A DNA stretch of 37,559 bases. It comes from Chiloscyllium plagiosum (lineage: Eukaryota). Location of the stretch: positions 1,857,824 through 1,895,382 of the forward strand of contig NC_057750.1 of NCBI RefSeq assembly GCF_004010195.1, given 5' to 3'. The stretch's first letter is position 1. Each line of letters starts with the position of its first letter. The position numbers were made by a program, and so were the translations under genes. This document shows, one piece after another, positions 1-13,344 of the stretch. The notes below the pieces were generated by a model that saw nothing but the letters and a program-made list of their open reading frames with translations, had not been told where the DNA came from and did no database searches.

Positions 1-3000
1 ACTTTTTCAAGCATGTTTGCATTTCATGTTGCTTTCATTTGACAGGGAATATGTAAACTTATAAATGCAGGCAAATTGCGCAAAGAACAATCTCCTGCCT
101 CCAATTGGAGACACGTGTTTGGGGGTGGAAAAGAAACAGTCTCTTTCTTCATTCGTCCAAATGCAATATTGACAGCAAAAAACTCTTTTTCTGCATTTTT
201 GTAATGTGGTGTGTTCAGAACACAATATTTCTTCTTGTAATGATGCAAGAAAGGTAACCTTATTTTTTTGAAAAACTTAACAAAAGAAGCGAGAAGTTAG
301 GGAGATGTGTATTTGTGTAACCCTCCCTGATCGCTTACAGTTGCATTTAAAGAGAATTCATAGGTCATAATTTTCTAGCATGAGGCACCGAATGGGAGGG
401 GGGAGGGGATGTGTATGTTCAAAGAAGGAAGGTTTCATGTATATAGTAAATGTATGTATGGAAAAGTGAGATTAATTCTCAAAAGGGTATCAGTTATATA
501 AGGGTCTGTTTATATGAATCACATTTTGTTTTTGGAGTCTTGTGGCTTCAGCAAAGAAGTTTTATGTGTTTACATTTTAGGAGGGGGACATGCACAACAC
601 ATGCATGACTTTAAATGACTTTGGATATCATAATGATCCTGTCGCACTGACCAATAGACATGTTCTCAACTTGCCTCAGTGCTGTTCCAGCTGCCATCGT
701 CTTGAAGAGGCGAGTACAGGGGTAGGAAAACCAGTGCCCACTCCCAGAGCAGACTCTAAAAGAACAAAGAATTTGATTGTCCCATGCAAGGAATCACCTG
801 TACTCATAAATTCACTTCCTTTTTGCACAATTGTTTTGTCCATTTCTCAGTACAGATGCTGAATGGCTGCCCTAATTAAAGCAGGGGTATAAGGCAGTTG
901 ATCATCCTGTTCATGAAAAGAATGGAAGTGAACCTTTCCTAGTCACCTAATTCCCTATTCTGAGAACATGAAAACCCAAATTCTAGTGGCAAGATAGAAG
1001 AAGATAGAGGCAAGTACCTGAGAAGTACTTTCCACAGGATCCAACTGGAAAATAATTTGTACAGCATGTTATTATACACAGAATTAGAAATCCCTGTTGA
1101 GATTTGTGCCCATAATTTTTGCAACTTCTGCATGAAATTTACTTTTACAACTCCTACCTTGCAGCTGCAGGAAAGATATTCTTTTTTTAAAAAGATTTAT
1201 ACAAAAGCCATGGGTACGTTCTAAAACTGGGTGCCTTGTATGCCAAGTTGGCTGATTGGCCTAACTGCTCGCATTTAAATCTGTGTGAGATTTATCCAGG
1301 CTCTGAAGGGAAGTTAAAATGAGGGTGGTCTTTTCTTTCCATTCCAAAATACATGATACAGTTTCCTGCTCCTTATGTGCCTTCAGAATGCAAGGGTTAA
1401 TATTCCTAACTCCTTTATCATTTTTGCTTTTGAAGTACAGCAACCTGTCCCTTATAGTTTATAGTTTTAAAATTCATAAAATGATGTCCCTGGATGTGTT
1501 TTGCATCACTTGTTTGAACACTGCTGCAGAACATGGTTCATTATTGCACTTTTCTCAATGTGCTGGCCATTTCTGTTGCTGAGCTGTGGGGAGACTGACT
1601 TTGTTTTTGCTTGCAAGGGTTCCCTGGCCCTTTCAGAGGCTACAGTTTCATATACTGTCTCTAAAAACAGTTTATGGCTGCAGCTAAGCACTGAAATTGC
1701 CATCTGTTTATGTTGCTTGGTGTCATGGGTGCTAAATTGTCTGTGGAAAACCAAGACTTGTCACCATCTACACTTTTTTTTAAAAAAACAATCTGATAAA
1801 TTTAAGTCGGGCTTGAATATTCAACTTCCATCAACCTTTACAAAGTTGGGTGCAAAGTGTGGTGATGAGAGACCAATATGGAGTCTCCAGAATATGGTTA
1901 TTTTCCAAACTCTGTGTAGAGATGATAGATAAATTGTTATGCCATCTAGGTAGGAGGCACTGTTATATAGTAAACTTTTTTATAATCTCTTCCCTTTTAA
2001 AGCTGTTTGCTTCTCAATTAGCTGGAATGTGCACCCCTGCCTCAGCCCCAGATTGTACTTGTGCAAATGCAGTGAAGCAGTCTAATACTTGGCCCTTTTG
2101 AGTTGTCATTTTTTAAATATTTTCTAAGCCCCAACCCAATTCTGTCCCTCTTCCTATTCAACTGAACTCTGAAACCATTTGGAGCCCTGCCACTAATGCA
2201 TGGTGAGATTGCAAAGTTCACTCCCTAAAGGATATTTCTGTAGTGTTGGTAAAAGGCTGACTTATGACTAAGTGGAGAACAATGTCACGAGCTACATTAT
2301 CCATCATTTTTTGCTAAAATTAAATGACATAAAAATGTAGATATGTCCCAAAAGTCATTGTGTAAGTTCTTATGAATCTTCTGTTAAATATACATTTAGT
2401 CTATTAGAGTTAATGGATTTTCAGACTATTGATTGGTATCAATGTTGCAAGTGCTGCAGGGACTTAAGTCCAGATGAGTTGAATGTTTAAATATTTTTCC
2501 CCTTCCTGGAGAAGTCTTTTTTTCGCAGCAGCCCAGGTAGTGAGGGGAAGGGAAAGGGGAACTTTGTATGTAGTGCATGTAGCTGGAATGTCAGAAGACA
2601 TGCTAGTAAGTAACTCACCCTGTCCTTTCTTTTCACTCCACCCCAGCCATGAAAGACTGCAGAATGCATAAACGTTCTGCATCGCTGTTCCATTAGAATT
2701 TTTTAAAAGCAAAACATTTACTAGTTTTAAACATTGGGGCCTAATGAACAATTGATTACTTTCCTGAGAACAATTCCTGTTTTAAAATAATTTTGAATCA
2801 TTTCTGTTATTCACAGTACAATTTCAACTTGATTTAAATTAAAAATGCAGATCGTAACTCATAAGTATGCCTTTCACAGCAGTCTGGTAAATCTCACACT
2901 GAGCATCTTCTGAATGCAGTTCTGCAGAAGTTTCAATTTGCTGTGTCTTTTTGTATTCAGCCAGTGCAACAAGGCAGTCGTTTAATGTCAAGCCATTTAA

Positions 3001-6000
3001 GGAATCTTCCCTTGTCCTTTCCTTTAGACCAAGTAAAACGAGATTAGGGTTTTATAAATATCCCACTTTACCACCCTTGAGTGTATTGGTCTGTTTAAGA
3101 GATTTCTTTTTTGGTATCAACAGTTGTACAGCTGTCCAGGGCATTGCCATAGCAACAATTTCCTGTTTTAGAATAACACTTGAAATTAGAGGCTTGAACT
3201 GGGTATAGAGGGGCAGGCTCCCCTGTAAGGCTCAACCCAGTTCCTATTCAGACATCTGCCCACTGTATGATGCAGCCTTGTGTATTTTGTGAGTGTTGAG
3301 TGTTTATGTGAGGTATGTATTGCACCACCATCTGGGTAAATTGACAAAAGAAATGAACGGCCACTTCAATCTGTTTCCATTCCAGACCTTGAGTGGATAA
3401 TTTATGGCAGCAATTACACTATTTAACTGACCCATTAATAGGTAATATTCATTTATAAAAATGCAGACTGACTCAGAGCATGTAAAATAAAACTTGTTAC
3501 AGGCCCTGATGCGAGACTGTGTCTCGTCTACTTTTTTTTCAAATCTAGGAACTAGATAAAGTTCATCTCTATGCAGGGTTTGTCCCACAATTACAAAGGT
3601 TTTATTTGACTTAATTCATGGTTTTCTGAGTTCTTCTACCCAGCTTGTTTTCACCATGCATTTATGTATTGAAGATGTGTCTGCATGAGAGAGCTGCACA
3701 GCATGTAGGTTTTGTGCAATTGAATCTGATTTTTAAAACCAATTCATGAAACAATAGTTGAAAACTCACTGAGGGACAGTCAATGGCATTAAGCATTTTA
3801 AGGCTTCAGGCTTCACCATTGATTTGGCTTTGAAATGTGAAGTTGAATTTGAAGCTTTTCTATTCATGGTTATCTGTAAAGCTTAGGGGAAAGAAGGACA
3901 AGTCCCTTGAATTGACTAATTTGATAAGTGAGTTCAATTTGGAATCCTGAGCTCCACATGACACTAATTTGGGCTGAACTAGAAGGGGGAGTTGGTTGTG
4001 GAAAGAGTGTACTATCTGCTCTGGAACCCTATATGGGATTACCCAACCAGAATTCTTCAAATTGAAGAAAGCCCTGGCTCTGTGTTCCTTTTGTGTAACA
4101 AGGTTATGATGATCCATGCCTCTGAAGTAAAGTGTAATATAGGATGGTTTGTTAATACAGACATGAACTGTAAGGAACTAACTAAGGTCTGGAATGGATC
4201 AAACTGGAATGGGATCTAAACCAAAGTCATTTAAAGCATTGTGTTTGAAGGTTCGCTTCCCCCCCCACCCCTCTTGTACAAGCTACGATACATGTTTAAA
4301 ACACAAGTTAAGTTACCCTTTTCTATTATACAGTTATTATTTTTAAAAGCCTTTGCAGCAGGTTTGCTTCCTCGTGTAAAAGGGAAGTTGTACTTTCCAA
4401 GACCGAATTAGAGAGGGCTTTGGGTGGGAGGGGCTGGGTGGGTGGGGGGGTTGAAGTATGAGAGAATAGAGGAATGTTAAAGCAGTGTTGAAATGTTTCA
4501 AGTCTGTAGCAGCTGAGTTTGTGCTGCTGGACAAGGGTTGGGGAGGGGGGAGAGAATTTTAATAGCCAAACTTTGGAATATGCCTGTTCCTTAAATATTT
4601 TGCTTTTCAAGGCCAGAACGGACTCATTCCTGGTTTCTAAAGTTTCACTTCACATTCTTTTGGCACCTTGACAATTAAACATGCTTGAACATATCCATTT
4701 CTGGGAGCACACTAACTGTGGGGCCCTTCACTTCTGTTGCACACAACTTTACATCCTGGTTAATGGATCAAAGGTTGTTTAGTTTTGGCATAGCCATTAA
4801 TGTATTTCTCAGACCAGGAATCCTGGTGTCGTTTGGACAGATGCAGTCCTGAATAAAATTTTGTTTATGTTGAGCAGTCATATTATTTGCAAAGCATCAG
4901 AAAGTTCCTTTTGGTAACTCTGTTTCAGAATGTCCCAGATTTGATACCTGGGCTAGGCTGATCTCCATGGGGTAGCAGTTCCTCAGGAGGAAATGAAGTC
5001 CAACTGTTTTCCTTTTTTTTTTAGAGTAAGCTATTCCCCTAATCCTGGAGACTACAAGTGGATGTTTAGGTGAGAACGGAAATGCCATTGGCTTGTGCTA
5101 GTCACCTCATTCAACTGATGTATTGACATTGCTACGTCAGTTTTTTGATGGCGCAGACAGATTGCTTTAATTGATTCACCTGGAAGAGAAAAGGAGGAAG
5201 TTGACCCCAGAACTGATGCAGTGTCACATCCTGAATGAACTACTTTTGTGTAGCTGCACTCTGGGAGAAATTGAATTTGGACACCAAAGCCCCTCTTGTC
5301 CAGTGAGATTCATTTATATTCTTCACATCTATTCACTCATGAAAAGTACTCAGTGATCTTGTGATTAAAACTCCACAGTAACAAAATAAGATTTCTTCTT
5401 TCACCTCCCCCACCCCCCAAAATTCTCCTGAATCTATAATTTGACCCAATCATTAGTCAGTTTACTAAACTTCAATTGAGGAAATCTACCCCAGAGTGAA
5501 GTTTCTAAAGGAACCAGGAATCTCTGCTCTGGTGCAAAGTTAGGTCATCACTTTGTGTTCTGTCTGATGCCAGGAAAATAATTTTCTTACTAAACAATAA
5601 ATATCCAAAAGTGCTTAAAAGTTGTTTTTTTTTTAAACCCGTCTCCCCAAATGAATGGTACTGTTATATGTTCCTAAAAATTGTTGTTTTAATATACAAT
5701 GCACAGAAGTGGGGTCAGCCATCTTTGATCTCAAGTTGAATTTCAGGTGATTATTGGTTTCTGATCCACTGGAAATGTACCCTTCGCAATGCACCCTCCT
5801 TCCTGCATTACTTCTGTTTCTTCTCCTTTTGAAGCCGCAATGGTTCGAGAGAGTGCTATGGATCTTGATGCAGTGGACAGGGAAAGAGTGGATGCAATAC
5901 ATCAGAGAATCAAAAAACCATTCAGCAGTTTATTGAACATAGTGTTTTTATATAAAAATGAAAGCTACAAGGGAGGTATTAAAGACACTGGATGATTCAC

Positions 6001-6050
6001 AAGTTAAAACCTGTAACATTTAACTTGTGTATTAAAATTATTTAATTGTT
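1..6050 (+). other. Probable long 3' UTR of an upstream gene whose CDS lies outside the window
   Basis: About 6 kb, AT/T-rich, with no recognisable retroelement and no credible ORF, in a window otherwise full of repeats. AATAAA at 3486, 4852 and 5596 (the last two followed by T/GT-rich tracts) and ATTAAA at 6031. Repeats begin just after 6050. UTR status is inference. Confidence 0.55.
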
Positions 6051-6059
6051 ATTGAATGG

Positions 6060-6143
6060 GAATGGGTGCTAAGTTCTGATATGCAATGGATGGCGGAGAT
6101 ACTGAATGGCCTAATTTCTGCTCCTATGTCTTATGGTCTTATA
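6060..6143 (+). mobile_element. CR1-type LINE 3' terminal remnant
   Basis: ...GAATGGCCTAATTTCTGCTCCTATGTCTTATGGTCTTAT resembles a CR1 3' end with a short terminal repeat (GTCTTAT x2). Confidence 0.55.
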
Positions 6144-7183
6144 CTAATACATTGGAATGTTGACATGTATGACTATTAAGGCAAAGATGGGAAACTGGTC
6201 CTTTGGGGTCACTTTAAAAATTGCAGAAGTATTCAAGAAAGTTGAGTTTGAAATGATATGGTGATCTCTTGTGGAGATATAAGTGCTGGAGATGGGACTC
6301 TCAAAAGGAGGAAGGCGTAAAAGTCAATGGCTAGAGACTTAAATGCAAACCAGTTGGAAAAAGCTGGATGACCGAAAGGGGAGATACAGGAGAGCAATTG
6401 ACCAGCGTTGAGTTTAAAAAAGAAAACGTCTAAAATAAGATTGGGAGATAAAGTGAAACTGCACGCATCATGGTGAGTGGCTGAATGGAGGAGCTAAAGC
6501 CCCCCATAAGTGTTTCTTTAAGATCAGTTAACTGGTTCTGTCTTTATAATCCAGGGTAAAGTCTCTAATTTTGTTTTTGTATCCTTCCTGCAATTGTACC
6601 TTGTACAATTAGAGATGCTGAACCCATGGGACTGTTTAGGAATCTTTAAGCTTGTTTTGCAGTGGCCTTCCATCAGCGTGTTTAATTTCCATTCCAAATC
6701 TATCCCTTGGTGCCAAATGCTTACCTACGTTATTACATCCAAATTAAATTCATAATGTCGGTAACACTTTCTTGTTTGTGCTGGGAGTGTTAAAACATCT
6801 CAGCAGCTATCTCAAATAGGTATGAATGTGATCCTTTCAGCAGTAAACATTCTGAAAGCTGTTGTCTGCACCTCCTGGCAACACATCACCAAATCCATTG
6901 AATGCTCCATGTAGCACAGATTTTCCACCTGATCCTTGCTTCAACTTGATATGGAAATTACTTCCCTGTCTGATCCCAGTTTATGTCCTACTTTTGCTTA
7001 TCCCATAACTGAAAACACCTTGGTGTGCCATACTGATCCAATACGCATACTCCTCCCCCACCTCTCCTGGGTTAGTGATCTAATCTGGGCTGCCAGTGTA
7101 GATACCAAGCTTCAAAGTTTGGGCGAAGATTTGTAGCTCAGGTGTTCGTTGTGATTGTGTTCGCCGAGCTGGGAATTTGTGTT

Positions 7184-7223
7184 GCAGACGTTTCGTCCCC
7201 TGTCTAGGTGACATCCTCAGTGC
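7184..7223 (-). ncRNA. Minimal hammerhead ribozyme motif in a Penelope-like terminal repeat
   Basis: Minus strand reads GCA-CTGAGGA-T-GTCACCT-AGAC-AGGGGAC-GAAAC-GTC-TGC: CUGANGA and GAAA core boxes, stem II, palindromic ACGT stem III, GUC site and a 3-bp stem I. Activity is untested. Confidence 0.65.
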
Positions 7224-8303
7224 TTGGGAGCCTCCTGTGAAGCACTTCTGTGATTGTTCCTCCGGCATTTATAGTGGTTTGAATCTGCCGCTTCCGGTTG
7301 TCAGTTCCAGCTGTCCGCTGCAATGGCCGGTATATTGGGTCCAGGTTGATGTGCTTGTTGATTGAATCTGTGGAGGAGTGCCATGCCTCTAGGAATTCCC
7401 TGGCTGTTCTCTGTTTGGCTTGTCCTATAATAGTAGTGTTGTCCCAGTCGAACTCATGTTGCTTGTCATCTGCGTGTGTGGCTACTAAGGATAGCTGGTC
7501 ATGTAGTTTTGTGGCTAGTTGGTGTTCATGGATGCGGACCGTTAGCTGTCTTCCTGTTTGTCCTATGTAGTGTTTTGTGCAGTTCTTGCATGGGATTTTG
7601 TATACAACATTGGTTTATCTCATGCTGGGTATCGGGTCCTTCGTCCTGGTGAGGACTTGTCTGAGAGTGGCTGTTGGTTTGTGTGCTGTTATGAGTCCTA
7701 GTGGTCGCAGTAGTCTGGCTGTCAGTTCAGAAATGTTTTTGATGTATGGTAGTGTGGCTAGTCCTTTGGGTTGTGGCATGTCCTCATTCCGTTGTCTTTC
7801 CCTTAGGCATCTGTTGATGAAATTGTGGGGGTATCCGTTTTTGGCGAATACATTGTATAGGTGTTCTTCTTCCTCTTTTTGCAGTTCTGGTGTACTGCAG
7901 TGTGTTGTGGCCCTTTTGAACAGTGTCTTGATGCAGCTGCTTTTGTGTGTGTTGGGGTGGTTGCTTTCGTAGATTAAGACTTGGTCTGTGTGTGTGGCTT
8001 TCCTCTCAGCCACTTTCGGACAACAACTCATCAGGACGAAGGACCCGATACCCAGCATGAGCAAGACCAATGTAGTGTACAAAATCCCATGCAAGGACTG
8101 CACAAAACACTACAGAGAACAGCCAGGGAATTCCTAGAGGCATGGCACTCATCCACAGATTCAATCAATAAGCACATCGACCTGGACCCAATATACCGGC
8201 CACTGCAGCGGACAGCTGGAACTGACAACCGGAAGCGGCAGATTCAAACCACTATAAATGCAGGGAGGAAACATCACATAAGCGCTTCACAGGAGGCTTC
8301 CAA

Positions 8304-8343
8304 GCACTGAGGATGTAACCTAGACAGGGGACGAAACGTCTGC
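8304..8343 (+). ncRNA. Minimal hammerhead ribozyme motif (second arm of the family A element)
   Basis: GCACTGAGGATGTAACCTAGACAGGGGACGAAACGTCTGC; core boxes intact, with one C>A change that weakens stem II. Confidence 0.6.
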
Positions 8344-8584
8344 AACACAAATTCCCAGCTCGGCGAACAGAACCACAACAGGTACCAAACTGTCAGATTT
8401 CTGCTTGGATTAGACTTTATACCGAGGCTCCTTCTGCATACCCAATGTTTTTTTTTAAAAGAAAATCCCATAGCACTGTCTTGAAGAATAGAAGAATTAT
8501 GCCAGTGACCTGACCATTCCCTCTATAAGTGTTACAGAAAAGATTTAAAAACTAAGAACTAAACCAAGTCTCATGACAGCAAAG

Positions 8585-8790
8585 TAAAAACCGAAAGAAC
8601 TGCAGATGCTCTAAGTCAGAAGTGGAAATTGCTGAAAAAGCTCAACAGATCTGGCAGCATCTGTGAAGAGAGAGCAGAGTTAACGTTTTGGGTCAAATTA
8701 CCTCAAAAGGGTCACTCTTCCCAACTCTAGTTTCTCTCCAGAGGTGCTGCCAGGTCTGTTGAGCTTTTCCAACAATCTGTTTTTGTTGCA
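8585..8790. mobile_element. Degenerate fold-back element built from two Penelope-like 3' ends
   Basis: TTGCTGAAAAAGCTCAACAGATCTGGCAGCATCT (~8628-8662) is an imperfect inverted repeat of AGGTGCTGCCAGGTCTGTTGAGCTTTTCCAACAA (~8742-8775). It is similar to the termini at 26800-26845 and 37365-37445. Confidence 0.65.
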
Positions 8791-11700
8791 GAGAGGATTG
8801 TTTGGCTATTAAAATGGTTGCCGTGTCAGTGTTTGCTGAGTGCAGTTGGATGCTATGTCTCCTGTATTCTAACACTGCATGTCATTGGCTGCAAAGTGTT
8901 TTGTGAGATCTGGTGATTGTGCATTTTTGTTTCTCTATAGATGTGTCATGAAGTGTCACCAGTTCAGTCTTGATTCTGAGTTTGCTAATCTCCGACTAAT
9001 GATGTGGGCTTCCATTGACTCTCTCATCGTTGAGTTAAGAAGGAAAAAAATCACGAGTTCCTCTTTTATATCCGTTGGCCTTACAGAAAACAGTTGTTAT
9101 TTTCACTATTCAACCTGTTCAGAAGTGTTATTAGACACCTCTCCAACAGATGGGCTTGAACCCAGTTCTCCTGGTTCAGAGGTAGGAGCACTACCACTAT
9201 CACAAGAACCCTATTTAGGAAGTTGTTGTTAGGACTGGATTAGATTCTTGTGTACCAAATAGCATTCCACCACTCATTGTTCCGACTCTGAGACCAGTGG
9301 CTGTTTATTGGAGGGAATTCAGTGACTTTCACAAGCAATGATGGCTCAATTGCCTTAGAGACTGGAGCAAAGGTTGATTTTGGAGAGTATATCTCCAATT
9401 TAATTGCAGGGATGAGAGGAAGGTGAATAACCCTAAGTGCCAGTTGCGGTATTCTGTTTTGTGCAGTAGGAGCATGGATGGCTGGAGTAAAATGTCTCTT
9501 CATTCTTAACACAGACTGCTCCCAGGTTGCTGATCAGAGAGCCTTCAAATGACTAACTTGCAGTTCAAGTGGAGACCCACTTCCTTTGAGTTTTCAGAAC
9601 TGAGATCAGACTTTCCAGATTTGTTTTTGTCATGAGAGAATGGAGCCATCTTCGGCAGAAAGTGAAGTTGGGAGATTGGAATACTGTTGAATTGAGCAAA
9701 GAAATATTTAGTAGGTGACAAAACAAACTAACTGTTGATCGTAGTTCTGTGCAAAATGTGAGTAGCCAGATGTGGAATGAATGTTACTTTGTGAAAGGCC
9801 AATGTAATACGAGACTGGAAAATATTTCAGCGGTAACCTTTTTGTTTTGCCAAGACAGAATTCCTATGATGATTGAAAACTGCTGCTTAATAGGTTTGTT
9901 TCATTTTTAAATATTTATTCTTCATATGATACATAAGACTGTAAGGAAAGTGACACTCCTTGAACTATTTATCTGAACAAACTGGAATAGCCAGGATATT
10001 TGCAATTCCCAGATTGGGGAGAGTCTAAGGCAGGTTCCTGATTCCTCCAAGCATAACAGATACTACTGGCACCTCACATGCTGTTTTTCTTTACTGACTG
10101 GTATGTAGTTAGCGGATTCAGGGGTCATCTCTCTTTGATTCTTCAGTTTTAATTTCAAATCCTGTCTATTAATGATTTTAAATTCATGTTCAAGTATTAA
10201 CATGCAGATTTTTAAATCCAAGAATCACAAGTCCTCATAAGGGAAAGCACTACTGCTTTAAGATGATGACAGTGTCAAAGTGTACAGGCTTGAATGAGAG
10301 AGTTGTGTCTGCGCAGACACTAGAGTGGGAATGGTGGAACCAGTCTGGATGTTGCGATCGGTGTTCAATCCTAGATGTAGTACAAAGGATGACCAACCTC
10401 TCACCTGTTTGTACCTGCAAGTGGCCAAATGAGTGGTGAAGATTGTCCGTTCTGCCTGCTGCTCTTTAATGATGACCTTTTGCTCTGAATGATACTCCTC
10501 ATTTCCTTCCTCTCTTTGGACTCCGGTTTTGAAAATTTAATTTTTGGCATTCCAGTTTAAAGAGCCAGCAGTAAGATAATCAGATCACTATGAAGGTGAG
10601 CATGATAACACCTGTTTAGCTACATGTGTTTTTTATTGTGAAGAGTTACATCTGCAAAAGTGTAGTTGGCTTTAAAAGGATGGTAAAATGTGATTCCATC
10701 TCTTACTGAAGAGCTACTTGTACTTGTCATTATAATAAGTTCTTTTATCAACGTTTCTATTAAGGGAGAATGGTAATTATATTACACAGGCCAGAGAGGA
10801 CCTTTGCAGCCTCAACCACCCAGTTTTGTGCAGATGTCCATACTACCTGGTTTCAACTGCGTGGCCATTGGAGTTTTACATGGAATGAGAAAATTTGCCC
10901 AAGGTCCCTGTTGGTTGTGTGTACAAGCCTTGTGTTGCAGATATTGCACTATTGCTCATATCACCCACTGATAAAATATGGTACAGGAGAGCAGCTCAAC
11001 AATGATTCCTTCAAATTGTTCCCTTTTTTTTTGTAGTCCTTGGAAGGATTGATAACTTTTAAAATAAATTGAAAAATACTGTTAACCAAACACTGTTTCT
11101 GTAACTACATAAATTTTAACACCAGAATGCCCATAGTCCAGTATATATTATGCTATCCTTTAATTCTGCATGCAGTTCTCCCAGAATCAATCCAAAGTGA
11201 TTCCTTGCTTCTGAAGGTTCACTTACTTAGAAGGTGAATAACCATATTCACACAAGTTGCAACACCTTTTTGCTGAGTGCAATATGAATATGCATGATCC
11301 TGCTAAATGCAGTGCAGGTGAAGGAGCTAAATGTGTTCCTGTTTCTTATGGTTTTTACCTTTCTCCACCTGGTCATTTTTAATTTCATAACTGATCTTTA
11401 GGCAAGCGAGGTGTATTTTTGTCTAATTTTAACGCCTGATGAATTGGGTTTTTTCAAGTATGAGCTTTTACACGGACTCTGACAGATAAACCTGCCCCCA
11501 ATATTGAGAGAGATGTTCGGAAAGCCTGTGACTCCGTATCACAAAGGCTCCCTCTTTAGCCTTCCCATCTTGATAGAAGCATGAATTGCATGGCTCATGT
11601 ATCCAGGTACAGATACTGATTACTTTTCCTTGACTGCTGAACTTTCTCTTCCACCTTGAAACTAAACTGACAGTTTGAAGTACAACTGTTTACAATTCAA

Positions 11701-12454
11701 TATTTTCAATGCCTTTTCTGGGACTTTGTTGACAATGTATTAACTACCAGCACACATGCTGCTGCCATTGTCTCATAATGCAAACACTCTGTTTTACTAG
11801 CAAGAAGGTGCAATCTGGATCCCCTTTCGTCTGTGTTTTGAGACTGGCTTAAGATTAAATTTATAGACTATGTAAACCAATATCATATTTTCTTCCCCCA
11901 TCCTCACTCAGACTGGCTGCCTCTAAGATTCTAAACACAGACCAATCTTGCCTGAGAATTGTTCGCACGATATGTATGTTGCAGCCTGAAGACACTGTCC
12001 AGCCTACTCAGGTTTTCTGTATCTGGATGAATCATTTGGATGATCCTGTTGGAGGAGACTTAACAAATCAGTAATGCTGTTGGAATGCAACTGTTCTGAT
12101 GTAACTAGGAATTTTAATTTGCTTTCCAGTCCCACCCACCACTAAATCCCCTGAGAAAAGAATCATTGCTTAGACGTGGTTTCCTTGCATTCTCCTCATT
12201 ATTTGCAGTGAATCATCTTTTTTTAAAAAACAAAGTATTCCCAACTGGATTCAAACTGATTCAATGAAAAGGTTGAGGCATGAACTGGGAAAACTTAACA
12301 GGAGACATATCCATTTGAGCGTTGAACTGATTGGGGGGAGTGAAGCCATTGGATAGAGGAATTAAGGAGGAAAGCCATAAATGTCATGTTTTGTTGCCAT
12401 AAATGTTGTGGTGCATTGCAATCAATTAAGCTTTCATTCTTTTAACATTTTTTT

Positions 12455-12783
12455 TTAATTCCTTCACTGGGTGAGGATGTTGCCAGCTAGACCAGCATTT
12501 ATTGCCCATCTGGAATTGCCCAGCAGGGGCAGCCAAGAGGCAACCATGTTGCTGTGGGTCTGGAGTCACATGGAAGCCAGACTGGGTAATGATGGCAGCT
12601 TCCTCCCCTAAGGACATTAGTGAAATAGATGTGTTTTCCCCAACCGTTGATAACAGATCTGTGGTCGTCATCAGAATTTAATTCCAGACTTTTTCCCAAT
12701 TGAATACCACAGCAGGATTTGAACCTGGGTCCCCAGGATATTACCTAGGTTTCTCAACTAACAGTCCAGTGATAATTCTACTG
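12455..12783 (-). mobile_element. tRNA-derived SINE with a LINE-like tail
   Basis: The minus strand begins with a tRNA-like head carrying a B box (GGTTCAAATCC, ~12716-12726). The body (CTAAGGACATTAGTGAA..TTAATTCCAGA) recurs at 14145-14330, and the tail resembles 34300-34390. Confidence 0.65.
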
Positions 12784-13344
12784 TGTGTGTGTATAAAGAA
12801 TGTGTTTAGTTAATGTACCCTGTAATTGCACCAATCACTTAATGCAACTGCTTTGTCTTCAGTTGGGAAGTGCCCACCTGAGCTGAAGTCGCTATTGAAG
12901 AGTGAGGTGAATGAAGAAACTGGGGCCTGACTTGCTATCTCGAACAACGATTACAATGACCTGTGATCACTTCCTTTAAAATAGCTGTTCACTGCTGTGT
13001 AGCAGTGGTCAAAATTGACTTCAAACCAATCAGGGATTAAAGAATAAAATTAATATTACTCCTGGAGGTGGGAGTAGTTTTATTACAATGCAGAATCCTA
13101 TTTTCTTATCTAAACTAAGAGGGGAGAAAAATGTGCTCTAAATACTCAATAGATCAGGTAGCATCTGTGGGCAAATAGAGTTGATGTTTCGGTTTATGAT
13201 TTTTTTTCATCTCCATCACACTATTTGTGAGACTCGAATGTATGGGTATCCTTTCATTAGATATAGCTATACCTGATTGCATGCACAATAGACAAAAAGA
13301 ATTTGCTTTTGGAAAGCATATTTCATGATCTTAAGGGTGCTTGA

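Larger units (their letters stand above)
7112..8380. mobile_element. Penelope-like retroelement (family A), truncated, inverted two-arm structure
   Basis: The minus arm (~7112-8005) encodes an RT thumb/linker (HPNTHKSSCIKTLFKRA..NGYP..LPYIKNISE). Past one in-frame stop it continues into a GIY-YIG endonuclease (TNVVYKIPCKNCTKHYIGQTGR..RIHEH..AREFLEAWH). The plus arm (~8025-8380) is the reverse complement of ~7149-7655 with a ~155-bp deletion. Imperfect flanking duplication AGATACCAAGCT (7100-7111) / AGGTACCAAACT (8380-8391). Confidence 0.9.

Noticed and set aside
1501..1932. 143-aa ORF in the first 6 kb
   Set aside because: Non-ATG start, no domain and UTR-like composition.
12863..12930. Possible terminal exon (TTTGTCTTCAG|..GKCPPELKSLLKSEVNEETGA*)
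   Set aside because: The acceptor is plausible, but the peptide is unrecognised and no partner exons were found.
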